Source of the DNA: Vicugna vicugna
Lineage: Eukaryota
NCBI GenBank assembly: GCA_013265495.1
Contig: MU058259.1
Location: forward strand, 266,437-330,436
Length of the DNA stretch: 64,000 nt
Direction of reading: 5' to 3'
Position numbers and translations under genes: made by a program. Below are positions 12,586 to 26,500 of this stretch, piece by piece (position 1 is the stretch's first letter; each line of letters starts with the position of its first letter). The notes under the pieces were generated by a model. The model saw nothing but the letters and a program-made list of their open reading frames with translations. It was not told the DNA's origin and did no database searches.

Positions 12586-15500
12586 GGGACTTTCGATTTC
12601 AAACAATAGAAACTTGACTCTGGAAAAATTAAGCAAAAGGGGAATTTACTGGATGGCTATTGGGTGTTTCAGATATTTGATAGGCTGAGTAGAGGGGCAG
12701 GCTCTGAAAGTGGGCAAGTGATCTATCCAGAACACTACCATCAGTCTAACCCTCAGAGCTGCCAATACCACCAGACTCTAAATGTTGCCACCAATGCTGT
12801 GTATAATTTCTGAAATGTCGCTGCACCTTGGCATCATTCTTTCTAGGACCATGCCGTCCAATATGGTAGTTACTGGTGGTACCACATTGGACATGCAGAT
12901 GTAGGACATTTCCATCATTGCAGAAAGTTTAACTGGACAGTGCTGTTCTATACTCAAAGTCCTAAGCGAAGGCATCGAATTTGACAAACTACTTTATATG
13001 CCTACCTCTGGGCGACCAGGAGTGCCCCATCAAGATGCAACAGAACTTGCTCAAAATAGGAAGAGGGGGTTGGATGATAGGCAGCTAAAAAAAGCAGGAA
13101 ATGTCCTCTCAACACTTACTGACAGTGTGATCTTAGGCTAAGTACTTCTCTAGCCTCAACTTTTGCATTTGTACAATGGAAATAACGATAACTGCCTCTT
13201 AGGATTGTTATAAAGATAAAAAGATATGAAAATTACTAGGACAATCTGGGTTAATAGAGTCTTAGCTATAATGCCTTGATTGGACCCTAGTTTGAGCAAC
13301 CAGCTGCAAAAGACATTTGAGAGACAGTTGTGGGAAATTTTAATAAAGACTGAGTGTTAGATAATATTAGGGAATTATCGTTAATTTTGTTAGGTGTGAT
13401 AATGGCATTTTGATTATATAGAATGTGATTAAGTTTTTAAGGGTAAAATATTATGTCTCTATTCTAATAGTGATTCTAAAATACAAAATAGATGAAATAA
13501 ATATGGCAAAATGTTAATTGTTAAATCTAGATGATAGGTAAATGGGTGTTATTCTCCTTAGTTTCTGTTATTTTTGACATTTTTTTTCATAATTTATTCA
13601 AACAAAGAAAAAAAGTACCAGATTTATAACAGGAGTTCAATAAATATGAATTTCTCTTTTTCCCTCCATAGTCTTAGGGAACTAAGATGTCTTCTCAAAA
13701 CAGTTGGAATGTTTTCCATTCTTTTCCCATCCAACCTGCCCTAGTTTTCCCGAGGCTCCACCTACTTAAAGGCTTCTCGCACTTCCTGTGACAGCACACT
13801 CTCTGTATCTGTGGGGTGTTTTAAATACAAGGAGTAATTCGCTCACGAATGGAAGGAGCCTTGCAAAGGGGCACTTGTAGACAGCACTGGTAGTGGATTC
13901 GGAGATTTTCCCCTTGTGCCATAGCAGGGGTTCAAAGAAAGAAAAGTCAGTGTATCAGTGTTCATCTTCACATTTGTCAGATCATTCCCCTTTTCCTGAT
14001 GCCTAATTCAGAAAGAAGTGGTGTCTGGAAAGAGGGGGATGTGGCAGCCAGTTTTTCATTTTTAGTTGATCTACTTTTCCAGTAAATGTAGAGGAGAAAA
14101 GGATAGAAGTTTGGAAGGGTTGAGTCACTTCACAAAGATCAATAGTGAGAGACATGGAAGTGGATCCAGAGTGGACCAGCTGATTTTCCCTCTGAGTGGC
14201 AGTGAGAAATGACTTTCCCAAAATGTGGATTGTAAAGCATTTGGTAAATAAATGGCAAGCTATGAAGGCTAAATAATGTCTTCTTGTAGTGTCGAAATAT
14301 CAACACTTTCCATGTGCATGTGAGATTAGGGCAAGTGGAATGCCAGCCTCCTGGCCAAGATCATCAGTGCAAAGGTAAACCAACTCACAGTGCAGGATCT
14401 ACCTTTAAGTATTATGTGCCAAAATACCAGCCTTGTACACAAGAAGCAAGCATCTTGAGATCCATAGCCATCCTGAGTGTGAGAGCTGATAAAATAGTGA
14501 CTAAATAAGCAAGCTAGTTTTATTTCGGTACAATAAGTGAAACAATTTATAATGGCGTTTAAAAACCAGATTTCCCCCTAAAACAGTATGTTTCAAAGTT
14601 TCACAATGAACCTTCTGCTTCCAGCAGCAGTATGGTGGTGGTGGTGGTAGTGTGTGTTGGGGGTAGGAGTGCTCTAAGGAGCTGTCCCACTGCATAGTAG
14701 CTATGTCCTGGATATGAACCACTCTTCAGGGCACTTCTGGTTTTGCAAGTGGTTGGAGAGATTTCCAAAGACTTCCACAACAGCTACCTGCCAAATAAAA
14801 ACTAACCCAAACTCGGACCGGAGCAGGAAGCCGTAAACTGCAAGTGATTAGGTGTGGGGGAAAAGGCCTTGAGTGTAGATACCAATAGTAACACTTACAG
14901 AAATACTTAGCTGTGGACCAGGATTGAGGTGGCGATACTGAACATGGGACCCATTTACGAAGCCAAGATCCTTACAGGGGCTGAAGTGGTCTTAGATCAG
15001 AGGTGTCACCAAGTTTCTGTTGAAGCAAATCCTCCTCGGAAAAAGCTTTTCTAATTTAGACCTAGAGGACTCCCACAGATTAAAATCAAGCAATAAGTTC
15101 ACAATATGCTGAGGCAAGCCACCATGAACCAGAGGCAGCATAAAAAAACATATAATAGATTTGGATCTCCACAACGATTGGAGATAGAGGAATTTTCAGA
15201 TACAGACTACAGAATAGCTATGTATGAAATGTTTAAAGACGTAAAAGATGCAGTCACACAGATGAGCAGAGAACAATAGGCTAGCAGAAGTAACCAGGAG
15301 GATTTTTTTAATGGAACTTCTATAAATAAAAAAACAATTATTGAAAAAAACTCTGACTGGTTAAACAGTAGATTAAATCCAGCTGAAGAGAGGATTAGAA
15401 ATTACACAGAATGCAGTACAGAGAGGGACAGAGACGGAAAATATAAAAGAGAGATTAAGTGATTGAAGTCTAGAATGAGACGATCAAACAGAAATCTAAA

Positions 15501-16012
15501 TGGAATTTCAGGCTAAGAGAGGGGGGAGAGAGAGATAATGGCCTGCATCTTCCAAGACAGATGAAAAACATAATAACACATATCCAGGAATCATAGCATA
15601 TACCAAGAAGGATGTTAAAAAACAGAAAATTCATGCCTAAACACATCATAACTCAACTGCAGAACACCAACTGCTGAGAGATCTTAAATGGGGCCAGAGA
15701 GAAAAGATGGATCATGTTCAAAGGAATGACAATTAGACTAACAGTTGCCTTCAACAACAATGGAAATCAGAGGACAGTAGAATAATATTTTCCAATTGTT
15801 GAGAGAAAATAACTTACAGCTTAGAATTGTGTGCTCAGAAAATCATATTTCAAGGAGGGTAAAATTAAGATATTTATAAATACATGAAAAACTAGGTATT
15901 TACTACCAAAAGATCTTCACTGAAGAAACCTCTAAAAGATGTACTTCAGGAAGAAGAAAAATTATGTCAGAAGGATGATCCAAGATGCAAAAAGGAATGG
16001 TGGGCAACAGAA

Positions 16013-16014
16013 AC

Positions 16015-16045
<31 letters not shown>

Positions 16046-16100
16046 TATGAGTGACTATGTAAAAATGTATATATATATATATACACACACACATATATAT
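16013..16100. repeat. Compound (TA)n(CA)n microsatellite, present twice
   Basis: Two (TA)n(CA)n blocks are directly visible, separated by a short spacer. Confidence 0.9.
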
Positions 16101-16233
16101 GAGCAAATAATATTTAGGGGTAAAAAGGAATACTAAAGCCAAATTTATAGAGTTTAAAAATAATAAAAATAAAATATTGCACAGTAATTACATACAAGTC
16201 AGGAAAGGGGAGATCTCCTAAAATCCTTAAGAA

Positions 16234-16457
16234 AAGGGTTGGCAATTTTTTTTTCTGTAAAAGGGCAGATAGTAAATATTCTAAGTTTTACAGACCATGC
16301 AGTCTTTGTCATGACTGTGAAATTCTGCCATTGTAGCATGAAAATGGCCATAGACAGTACAAAAATTAAAGAACAGGATTGTGTTCCAATGAATCTTTGT
16401 TTACATAGACAGGTGGTAGGCAGATTTGATCATTGGGCCATAGTTTGCCAATCCCTG
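16234..16457. mobile_element. MER58-type hAT-Charlie MITE nested in the old L1
   Basis: Inverted ends agggttggcaa...tttgccaatccctg; internal ttttctgtaaaagggcagatagtaaatatt. Confidence 0.8.
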
Positions 16458-18509
16458 TTCCCTAGGGAAGTTAAAATATTGTTTAATTTTTTACTTTGTA
16501 AGTTAAATATACATGACAAAATTTCAAGAGTAATCACTAAAAGAATAAAAAAAGTCTATAAAGTTCAAACAAGTAAAAAGAAACAGTGAAAGAAGGAAAC
16601 AAACAGACAAAAACCCATAAACAATCCAAAAAATGGCAAGAAATAAGAAGAAAAAGTCACAGAAAAAGCAGGACAAATGAAAAAATAAGGTGGCAAACCA
16701 AGTCGAAATATAATTACTATTTCTCACTAAACATGCAAGTGAATTAAACTAGCCAGTTAAAAGAGAGAAATTTCCAGATAAAGGATTTTTAAAATGTAGC
16801 TGTCTGTCCATTTGAAGAGCCACTCTTAAGGCATAAGAATGCAGAAAGGCAGAAAGTAGCAGGATAAAAAGGCACACCAGGCAATTACTAACCCAAAGAA
16901 AGCTACATTGGGGGATATAGACTTTAAGATGAAAAGCATTATCAGGGTTAGAAGGGGTCACTAGATCATTAGAAAGGATTCAATTCCTCAGAAAGGTAAA
17001 GTGATTCTAAACTTGTACGCACCTAATAAAATAGTCTAAAATGCATAAATATTGGCAGGGGAAACAGCCCATTGGGAGACCCTGGGATTGGGTGATGATT
17101 TTAGGAGCTTAATGAGATTGAACACTTAAGTAACCAAGGTCAGAGAATCATGTGCTCCCTATCCTTAAAAGCAGAGCCACACCCCAAAACAGAGTAGTGT
17201 TAAGACCACCTAACACCATAAAAAGGAATGTGTGTGAGTGTGTTTTAAATTTAAGTTAATTAATTAGAGAGATTCCCAAAGGGGTATGGGGGGAGGGCGG
17301 TGCTAGAAATTTCCTATTTCCATAATAGCCCAGAGGCTGGCTGGAATCCATTATTAGATTCCCTGCATGTGTGCCCTAGAAAAACTGAGCAGAGGCGAGA
17401 CCATATGGCCAGCATGAGAAGAAAGCTCCTGGGGTAGTTTTACAAAGGTAATGCTTGCCCTACACAAAGGAGATCCACCCCAGCTATATTTATTTCAGTA
17501 AATGGGGACTTGGCCAGCTAAGGTAGATATTAGCAACACTGAGAAGAATCATAGAGGGGAAAAAACACTCAAAACACAATTCTGAGGTCATTAATCATTC
17601 TCATCATCATCATCAATCAATCAGTTCAGGCTACAGTGGTTTATACACAACATTGAGAATATCTGCTCTTTGCCTTTGTAGATCAGACACTCCCTTTATA
17701 GAAAAAAACGCAAGTGAACAGTGAAAAGACCCAAAAAAAAGTCCATCTCCTTATATACATGACTCGTCTCTGAAAGGTTGAGTCCAGGACTGGTGATGGC
17801 TCAGCAGCTCTGAGCATAGAAAGGACTGAGTCCCCTAAAAAATGGAAGGTGGAGGGGCTAAGGGAGACTTGCTAAACATGACTGTTCTGAGAATCATGGG
17901 TGGGGCAGAGAGGTGGGGCTAAGGGCGTCAAAGCATGACGCTTTAGGCTTTTGGTTGCTACAGAAGGAGTGAGGCGTGCTGGTCCTCTTCCTTTGTCTCA
18001 CTTCTCCCCCCACCCCAGCATCCCCCAGATTGATTCCCTACCTCTCTCTGCCTTACTCTATGCCCAGGGAGGCTGAGCACTGTGGGTGGCATTGCCTGGG
18101 CTCATTTGCTGACTGGCTTCCCATAGAGACTGAGCAGGAAGGCAGAGGGCAGGAGGAGAAAGCAGTGAGGGTCTTGCCTCCTTGCTTCCTCTCTGCTTTG
18201 GCAGTGCATCACTTTAGAACTCTGTTCAACCTCCAAAGACCCTTTGGCTATAAACAGCCCTACTGTAACAATAATGGCTAGCGTTTATTGAGTGCTTGCT
18301 GTGTTCCAGTGCTTACTATAACTATAACTCAGTATATTATATAGATGAACTTGTTGAATCCTCCCAACAGCCTCATGAGGTAGGAACTCTATTTACAGAT
18401 GGATAACTGTGACACAGAAAGGTTAACTAACTTGCTCAGGGTTAATCAGCCACTTGGTACAGAGTTGAGATTTCAACCTAGGCTATTTGGCTCAAGGGTC
18501 TATATTCTT

Positions 18510-19660
18510 AATCCCCAATAGAAATATAATGCAAGTCACATATGTAATTTAAATTTTTTACTAGCCATATTAAAAAACATGAAATGAAGTAAGTGAAATA
18601 AATTTTAGTAATATACTTTATTGAACCAAATATATCTAAAATGTCATCTCAACATATACTCAATGTTTCAGAAATTATTAAGACATTTTACTTTCTTTTT
18701 TTGTATGAAGTCTTCAAAATCTGATATGTATTCTGTACTTGTAACACATCTCATTTTGGATGCTGAATTTTCATTGGAAATACTTGATCTGTATTTAGAT
18801 TTCATAAAATTTACAGCTGGAAAAGCAAGTTAACATACTCAAGTTATTCCAAACATATTTAAAAGTTTTCCAATAACTGAATTGAATAATAGTTTTACTC
18901 TTTATTTTTATTTTTAATAAGCTTTATTTTAGAATAATTTTATGTTTACAGAAGAATTACAAAGATGGAACAGAGCTTCCTGTAAATAACTTAGTATGTT
19001 TCCTTATTAACATCTTACATTACTATGGACATTTGTCACAACCCAAAACACAACATTGCTACATTACTATTAACTAAACCCCAGCCTTTATTTGGATTTC
19101 ACCAGTTCTTCCACTAAGGTCCTTATTCCTTTCCAGGATCCATTCCAGGACACCACATTGCATCTAATCATGTATCCTTAGTCTCTTCTGGTCTGTGATA
19201 GCTTCTCATACGTTCCTGGTTTCTTGTGACCTTGACAGTTTTGAGAATTACTGGTCAGATATTTTGAAAAATTTCCCTCAGTTGGGATTTGACTGGTATT
19301 TTCCAACAGGATTTGGAGAGGAAGACCACAGAAGTGAATTGCCATTGTTATCACATCATATTGAGGGTACATGCTAACAACGTGATCTATTACTGGTGAT
19401 ATTGATCTTGATCATTTGACTGAGATAGTGTTTGCCAGGTTTCTACACTCTAAGTTACATTTTTTCTCCCTTTCTATATTCTGTTCTATGGAAGCAAGTC
19501 ACTAAGCACAGCCTTTATTTAAGGATGGTGGGGGAGGGGGAGGGATAAAGCTCCAAGTATGAGTTTTAAATTTAAATTTATTAAAATGAAATTTAAAAAT
19601 TAGTTTCTGAGTCACACACCCATATTTCAAGTGGCTACCATATTGGATAGTGCAGCACTG
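18510..19660. mobile_element. MER33/Charlie-type hAT element split by an L1 3' fragment
   Basis: ccaatagaaatataatgcaagtcacatatgtaatttaaa start; gtggctaccatattggatagtgcagc end. Confidence 0.7.
18900..19555 (-). mobile_element. Old L1 3' UTR fragment (L1MB/MC-like)
   Basis: tttattttagaataattttatgtttacagaagaatt, ttccaggatcattccaggacaccacattgcat; interrupts the hAT element. Confidence 0.7.
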
Positions 19661-20167
19661 TACATGACCACATTTCAGTATTCAAGGCAAGAGGTAGCTG
19701 GTGAGGAGATGAGATGCTGAAGAGGGAGCTGATGGGCCTGAGTTAACTGGAAGGAGGAGTGATGAAGAGTGATGAGAGATAAAGATGTCCTAAGCAGAAC
19801 TTTTGAAGGTCAAGGCCAAAAGATAAGTTAGTGAGAAGCATTAACACAACATGGTGTGTGTGCATGTGAAGAAAGGGGAGAGGAATGGAGAGATATTCCA
19901 GAGAATATACACCCTAACTGTGTGCTCAAATTGGGTCTTGGATTTTAGTAAAAAGTTTGAACTTACAAATCTAGGCTCGTGTTTTAACTGTGCCATTTCT
20001 TAGCTGTGTGATGATCTTGGGCGAGCCACAAATTCTGTAAGCTTATTTCCTCATCTCTAAAATGGGGTAGGTCATAGTACTTACCTCATGGGGACATTGT
20101 GAGACTCAAAGGGTGTATGTCTTTCAAAGGGCTTCATAGTCTGTACTGTAATCTACAAATGGAGCCA

Positions 20168-20563
20168 TGTAGTGGGGTGGTGTGGGTGGCCAGTGGGAGA
20201 CACGAGCAGGAGGTCTGAGTGGTGGGAGAGAGAAGCCAAAGGATTTCTTCCCTACTCTTTCTCTGCTTTGGCATCTTGTCTCAGGTAGTATCTACAACCT
20301 TCAGAATGACAGCTCCTACTAGGAGGCCCCTCTTCCATGGCTCCAACTCCCACCAGGCTTAAGTAACACTATTTCCTCCCCTTGTCCCTACAGCCCTAGG
20401 GGTGGCAACAGCTTCCCACTCTTGCTGGTTCCTGAGTGCCTTGCCATCTCTGTTTATTCCCCTAATCCTGCCCCTACCTCAATGTGTTGTTCCTTCAATT
20501 GAGCTTTCTTAATTTAAATCGTCTGGTATGAATTCTCTGTTCTGCTTGGCCCCTGACTGTGCA
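20168..20563 (+). mobile_element. ERVL LTR (LTR33-like)
   Basis: aacactatttcctccccttgtccctacagccctaggggtggcaacagcttccc and a ccctgactg..ca end. Confidence 0.65.
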
Positions 20564-21218
20564 GATGATAGAGACTGTCGAGAGCGACGTGTAGGGTCAA
20601 CTGAAGGGGACGAGAATAATGCGTGGACTGTGCTGACTGAATTCAGGACTAATCAGGCTCTGAACCAACACATTGTCAGTGAAATCAGAGGAGAGAAGAC
20701 ATTTTGGAGTAAAGTTATATAAAGAGGCATAGAAGATGCCAGTAGTGTGGGTGAGCTAGGGAACAGAGAGAGAGGGGAGTTAAAGGCTAAATGGAGGTTT
20801 CCTTGCCAAGTGCACCAAGAAGTCAGCCAGACCATAAAAGCCAAAGACACATAGCCCCCAGCCAAGCAGGAGGCACTGCCCACAGTGACGAAGACATCAA
20901 GAGGCCATACTTGGTTTTAAAAAGAGTATGGATATTGGATTCTTACAAGTGTGGTCCTGATTCCACACTGACTGACTGTGTGTCCTTGGGATATTTAATT
21001 GACCTCTCTGTACTTATTTTCTCATATGGAAAATGAGGTAGAGTTGTGAGATTTAGATAAATAAAAGCCATTTGTTCATTCATTCATAGTCTACAAATAT
21101 TTTTTGAGCACTTATCATGTTCCAGGCACTATTCTAGGCCCAGCAATAAATGAGACAGGTAAGGTCCCTGCTTTCATGGAACATTCTAGTGAGGAGAACT
21201 GACAATGAATAAGTACAC

Positions 21219-21655
21219 TTTCTTAAGTCAGGTTCCCTGGAAACAGACTGCAATGGAGATCTGCATGCAGGAAGTTCATTATGGATGCTCTTAGGAACAA
21301 CACTGGTAGGGGAGGGAGGGAAGAGAGACTCAGCACACACTGGCAGGAGAAATTGAGCTGTGATGCAGGTGTAATAGAGGCTTCAGCCACCCCACACAAG
21401 CTCTGGAACTGGGATAGCCCTTCAGAGTTGCCCCAAGGCAAGGCAAGTATGTCAGCCTTTTTACTCCCACTTTGACCAGTCCTTAAATCCAGGCTGCCCC
21501 AGGGAAGAGGTGTGATCAAAGGCCAAGTCGTTCCTTCCAAGGACAGTTCTTGGAGGGACACTCAGCTGAGTACACTCAGCAGTCGTCACTCCCAACACCT
21601 GGAGGAATGAGAACCATTCCTGAGGATCTAGAGGACACAACAAAGCATCTGTGAC
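21219..21655 (-). mobile_element. ERVL LTR (LTR16-like); related copies near 24030-24455 and 50980-51310
   Basis: tcttaagtcaggttccctggaaacagact...gagctgtgatgcag...gaggcttcagcc...cccttcagagttg. Confidence 0.65.
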
Positions 21656-21859
21656 ATAAATTAATAATTAAACATGATAATTTCTGGCAATAAGTGCTAT
21701 GAAGAGCCCAAAACTGGATAGTATGATAGTTCTGGGAGTTGGACACTTACATTAAATTAGGTAGGGGAAGCTGTGGCACATCATAGCTGCTCAGTAAGAG
21801 CTGGTTTTATTACTTTTCCTTTTGCTTTGTTGAGCTATGTAGACATTAACCCATCATGA

Positions 21860-23540
21860 GAAATATATGATGCCACTTTTCTAAATGAGGCAGACTCCTA
21901 GATGCTATGGAGGTTGCAGAAAAGTAGGGGACATTATCTCTGCCCCCTAGGAGCTTGCAATGTAGTAGAGGAAGGTAAGGGATATAGAAAATTAGCAAAC
22001 AATACTGGGTGCTATAGCAGTAGTGCCAGCAGATGATACAAACAAGGTTATGAGTGTCTTGATCCTTTAAGCCTAGGTAGAATTTAACAGGTGGAAAAGA
22101 GTTGGGAGGGCAGTTTGGTCAAGAAGAGTAACTGGAGCAAAAAATGGTGCTCTGGGAATGGGCATGGAGTGCTCGAGTGTTTGATTTGTCAGTTTGGATC
22201 TGCAGAGCCAGGCTGTTGTCCTTATCCTTGGCCCGTGATGTTTTTCTGGAGCATTATCAGGTTTGTCCAAAGTTAGAATGTCACTAAGACCCATTTCTTA
22301 GACATACGAGATCTTGCCATACTTTGGTGGGTGGTGGTTGTGTCGGGAGTGCCAGAATGGGACCAGGAAGTTCCAGGAGCTTCTTAATAAGGAGTGAAAG
22401 AAGCCTGAGAGTGTGAGTCCAGGCAACCGTGACGATGGTGGTCCCACCAATGGAGTTGGGACTTGGAGGCAGGTGGAATATGGGATCAGATTCCTTGAGA
22501 GAGGTTGGGAATGAGGTGTAGTTTTGTAATAATATCTGTAGAGCTAATGTCTTGAAACCAGTAAGGTGGGTGAGAACCGCAAGAGAGAATTTATGAGAAA
22601 AGACTGGAGTGCTGGAAGCCTTTGAGAGGCACTTGGAAAATGGATCCTGTGTTACTTTAAGAGAGACAGACATGGGTCCTTGAAAATGTGTATTCTAAGT
22701 GTTTTCAGAAGCTAAGATGTTCGGCAAGACCCATAGGCATCAAGAAGAAAGAAATGGCTGCAGTTTCAGAGATTTAGCCCTAGTACATTTTCTGTTTCCT
22801 TGGTTTGAAAGACTTGGTTGGCAGCAGGGGTCTGTGGATTCCGAGGGTTTGAACTTGAAGGGGATGTCATTTTTGTTAACCTTTAACCAAGAAGGCAGTC
22901 AGGGAGGAGATAAATTATCTGCCCACTGAGGAATAATGGTTGCATTCAAAGAGAGAATAGGAGATTACTGAGGCGCTACTGCGAACGACCCCGTGACCCT
23001 TCTCTTCATTGGAGGATTGATGGAGAAAAGGTTCCCCCCACTTTTTCTCTGGGCATTAAAGGTGAAGTCCCAGGAGTACTAAGGAAGGGGTGACAGGGCA
23101 ACTTGAAAAATTAAGGAGGATATGAATCAATTAAACAAGGAGGCATTTATCCGAGACTTCTAAAGCAACTAAAGAAAATGTATTAACTTCCTAATGAAAA
23201 TATTGTTATCCAATTCATCATTGGAAACAGCTCCTTTGGTAACTGCTGCATTCACCACTTTAGGAAGTTGCTTAGCAGGATCCAGGATCTTGGGATTTCA
23301 TCTGCAAAGCCTACCTATTGTTGGTCAAGAGGCAGTGACAGAAGGGTTTAGATGACAAAGAATAGAATTTTGTGCCACCGTTTTGAAGTGTGGTTAGGAC
23401 AGTGGTTGAAGTTACTCAGTCAGTACTTGCTCTAATGGGGTAGACACTAGGAGTTGGTGCCCAGGTGGCTAGTTTAGACTCTTCAAAGATCGCTAGAGAT
23501 GGGGAAAGTGGAGGCCTGAGGACTGAGGAGAAATAGGATG
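21860..23540 (-). mobile_element. Degenerate LINE-2
   Basis: Purine-rich plus strand with antisense L2-like motifs (ggcaaccgtgacgatggtggtccca, gtgggtgagaaccgcaagagagaat). Confidence 0.5.
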
Positions 23541-26500
23541 TCAGATGGTAAGTACTTAAAAAGCATAAATGAATAAGGTCCTTAGTCTAGTGAACAGCAC
23601 TGCAGCAACTTGATTTTCCTGGTTTTGATATTCTGCTAGTATCGTATTAGATTTCACCTTCAGAGGAAGCTGGGTGAAGGGTACATGGGGCTCTGTACTA
23701 TGTTGCAATGAGTCTATCATTATTTCGAATAAAATGGTTAAAAGAAGTCCTGCCTGGGTTGGGGGAAGAGCAATTTGCATGAACTAGAATAAATATACGT
23801 GTGACTCTATACAGTTCTAAACGCTTTCACATATCTTTTCTCATTTGCACCCCCCACCAACACTGTTAGGCAGCAGAGGTATGCTATTGTCCCTATTTTA
23901 TAGATGAAGAAACTGAGGCTCAGAGAGATAAAGTCACTCACCTGTGGTCCCAGAGAGCAAATTACAAAGGCAGGGCTCAAATTCACATCTTTGAGTTCCG
24001 ATTACTATCATTCCTTGAGTCCAAACCCGTCTGGCCTAGATTAGGTCACAAACACACAGACCCTGAAACAAGGATTTAAGGGCAAGAAGCATATTTGGGA
24101 GGTGGTCTGAAGCTCTGGCAGGGAGCAGGGAAGCACAGCAGGAAAGAGTAACTAAGGAACATATCGCCTCTCTTGGCCAGCTGGGGCTCACTCCCACCGG
24201 GGGACTCTGGAAGTGATATCCAATGAAGGGCCAAGGAAGCCGGTGTATTTACCTCTCAATCCATCCAATATGGAGTGAGGGCTGCTCTCTTGAGGTGCTT
24301 ACTCCATGGGCCCTCTAGATTATTCCATTCCCAGGCCAAGAGAAAACCTCAGGCAGAGTCATAGACAGTGCTTGAAGTAAGACACCATCAGCATATAGTG
24401 GAGAGAGAGGTTAGTGCAGAGGAGATGTGGGCAGGGTCCCCACCAACAGTGACTGTCCCTTTATTCTAGCATCCGCACCCTAAACCTGCTGCCACACACA
24501 CCATTTCCTCTCATCTTGGAATATTCACTAACCACACACATATCCAGATAGGTTGAAACAAGGGAGGGAGGGGTGCCCTTATCTTGCTTATTGGGCCCAA
24601 GAGTTAGCATCTAAGAGCAGCAGAGTGCCTGCCTGTGCTGGAGATGAGACGTGTGCATATCTGGTCTTTGCATATCTTGATTGTTATGATCCACTAACTT
24701 ATTTCAAAGCAGTTTGAGGCTGAGGAGAAGACATAAATGTTGGTGTCCACTGGGTCAAGGGTTAAGTCAAAAGTCAAAGGTTAGTTGGCATTTTCCATTA
24801 TACCAATATCAGTCTGGTCCATCTATTGGGACTTCTTTAAAAGGGTCTAAAAAGGACCAAAAAATTAGCAATTGGCTAAAAGATGGAACTGCAGATAGTG
24901 TTTAGTTTAGCAGCTCCTACAGAGGAAGGTAATGGGATTCTGGAGAAATGGGCTAGCTAGATGATCAGGTGACAGAGGGGTAGCAGCAACCAGCAGAGGC
25001 CTTTCTCATGGTGATGCCACCCACTGAAGAATTGATCAACTCATTCCTGATTCATATAGTGTTTCTTCTCCAGGGTACATGCTGATATACTCTTCATCTC
25101 ACTGGGCTGATTTAATCATTATGTGTGCACTCTAGAAATTAGTGCCATTTCCCTTACTTGTGCCTGAAATAGACATGTCAGACATTTATAACTCTCAGTC
25201 ATTTTAATCTAGTCGTTTGCCCAAGTATGTTCCCAATTAGAGCCATTTTGTTGTGTTTGATACCATGAAGTAGAACACATGTTCCAATCTTTTAAAAAAT
25301 CTTTTAAATAGCAAAGGTACACTATGTTTTCCCCATTATAATAATTCAAAAGCAGCTGATGGAATCTTTCTCAACTGTTTACACAATCATAAAAATTTGA
25401 CCCTTGAATTAAAATCAAATAAAAATATCCAGGGGATGTAATGCCTTGATATGTAGAACATTTTTTGTCTCTAGAAAACTTCCACAGCTTTAATTCATTA
25501 TATCCTCACAGTTTTTTTTAATATTTAAAAGATGCCATAAGGTTGTGATATCAAATCATAAATAATAAAATAGTGTTCAGTTTTGGTACATGCAGCATCA
25601 CTTTGTTTCTCAATTTAGCATCAGTTCCTGCTAAATCATACCCATATTCATGCATTAATACTATCACATTTCCTAAGCCTACATATAAAAAACATAAAAC
25701 CACTTTAACCTAGAAAATATGCTTGGATTTATTCATATTTTGATTCCAAGCTTCTCTGTGCTCTTCAAACTTTGGGGTTTTGTTTCTGTTTTTGTCTCTC
25801 CCATTTTCTCATCATAAACTGAAAACCACATCCACTGACAACTTGATGCTCTTCCATCAGGTCTGCCTCTTTTGCAAGGGGCTGGCAATTTAAGAGGACC
25901 TGTCTTTTGATGAAGACAGTGCTGGGCTCACCAGGAGTCCATTCATTTCTCAGATTGAGGACCTAAGGTACTGGTCTGCCTCCCCTTACAAAATAAAATT
26001 TCTCTAACACCTGATAATGGAGAGGAACTTAGTGCAAACAATGCTTACCAGGCACAAACATGGAGAGTTATGCTTCTCTGCTAGTGGTGTATCAACATAG
26101 AAGCTTAGCTGTGGTGGTTTTCCAATGATTTACTACCTAATGGGTGCAACTGAATTACTATACACAAAGTCCATAATTAAAGGATACTGCAAGGCAGTGT
26201 TAAATGTCAGGGGCTACAATATAATTATGAACAAATAGTAAGCAATATCAACAGACCCTGCCATGTAACTTAATTTAAAAAAGTAATTTTGGATAGGACA
26301 CGACAATTTAAGCTTTGCCAAGAAAGAGCAGTACAAGAGCAACCCAACCATCAACTACTGGACTCAGTTTGTCAAAGGAAGGCTGTTTGAACAGTCAGAA
26401 AGTGCCAGATGTAGGTCTATATCCATGCCCGTAAATATGGAAATGCCTTTCTAGGAAAGGTGGTTCTTTATCTCAGTGAGACCCAAGTTCTTGGAGAAAG

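Larger units (their letters stand above)
14730..17050 (+). mobile_element. Ancient degenerate LINE-1 (ORF1 region to start of ORF2)
   Basis: A-rich plus strand with L1 ORF1-like motifs (aacagtagattaaatccagctgaagagaggatt, aaggaatgacaattagactaacag) and endonuclease-like sequence near 16800-17040. Confidence 0.7.
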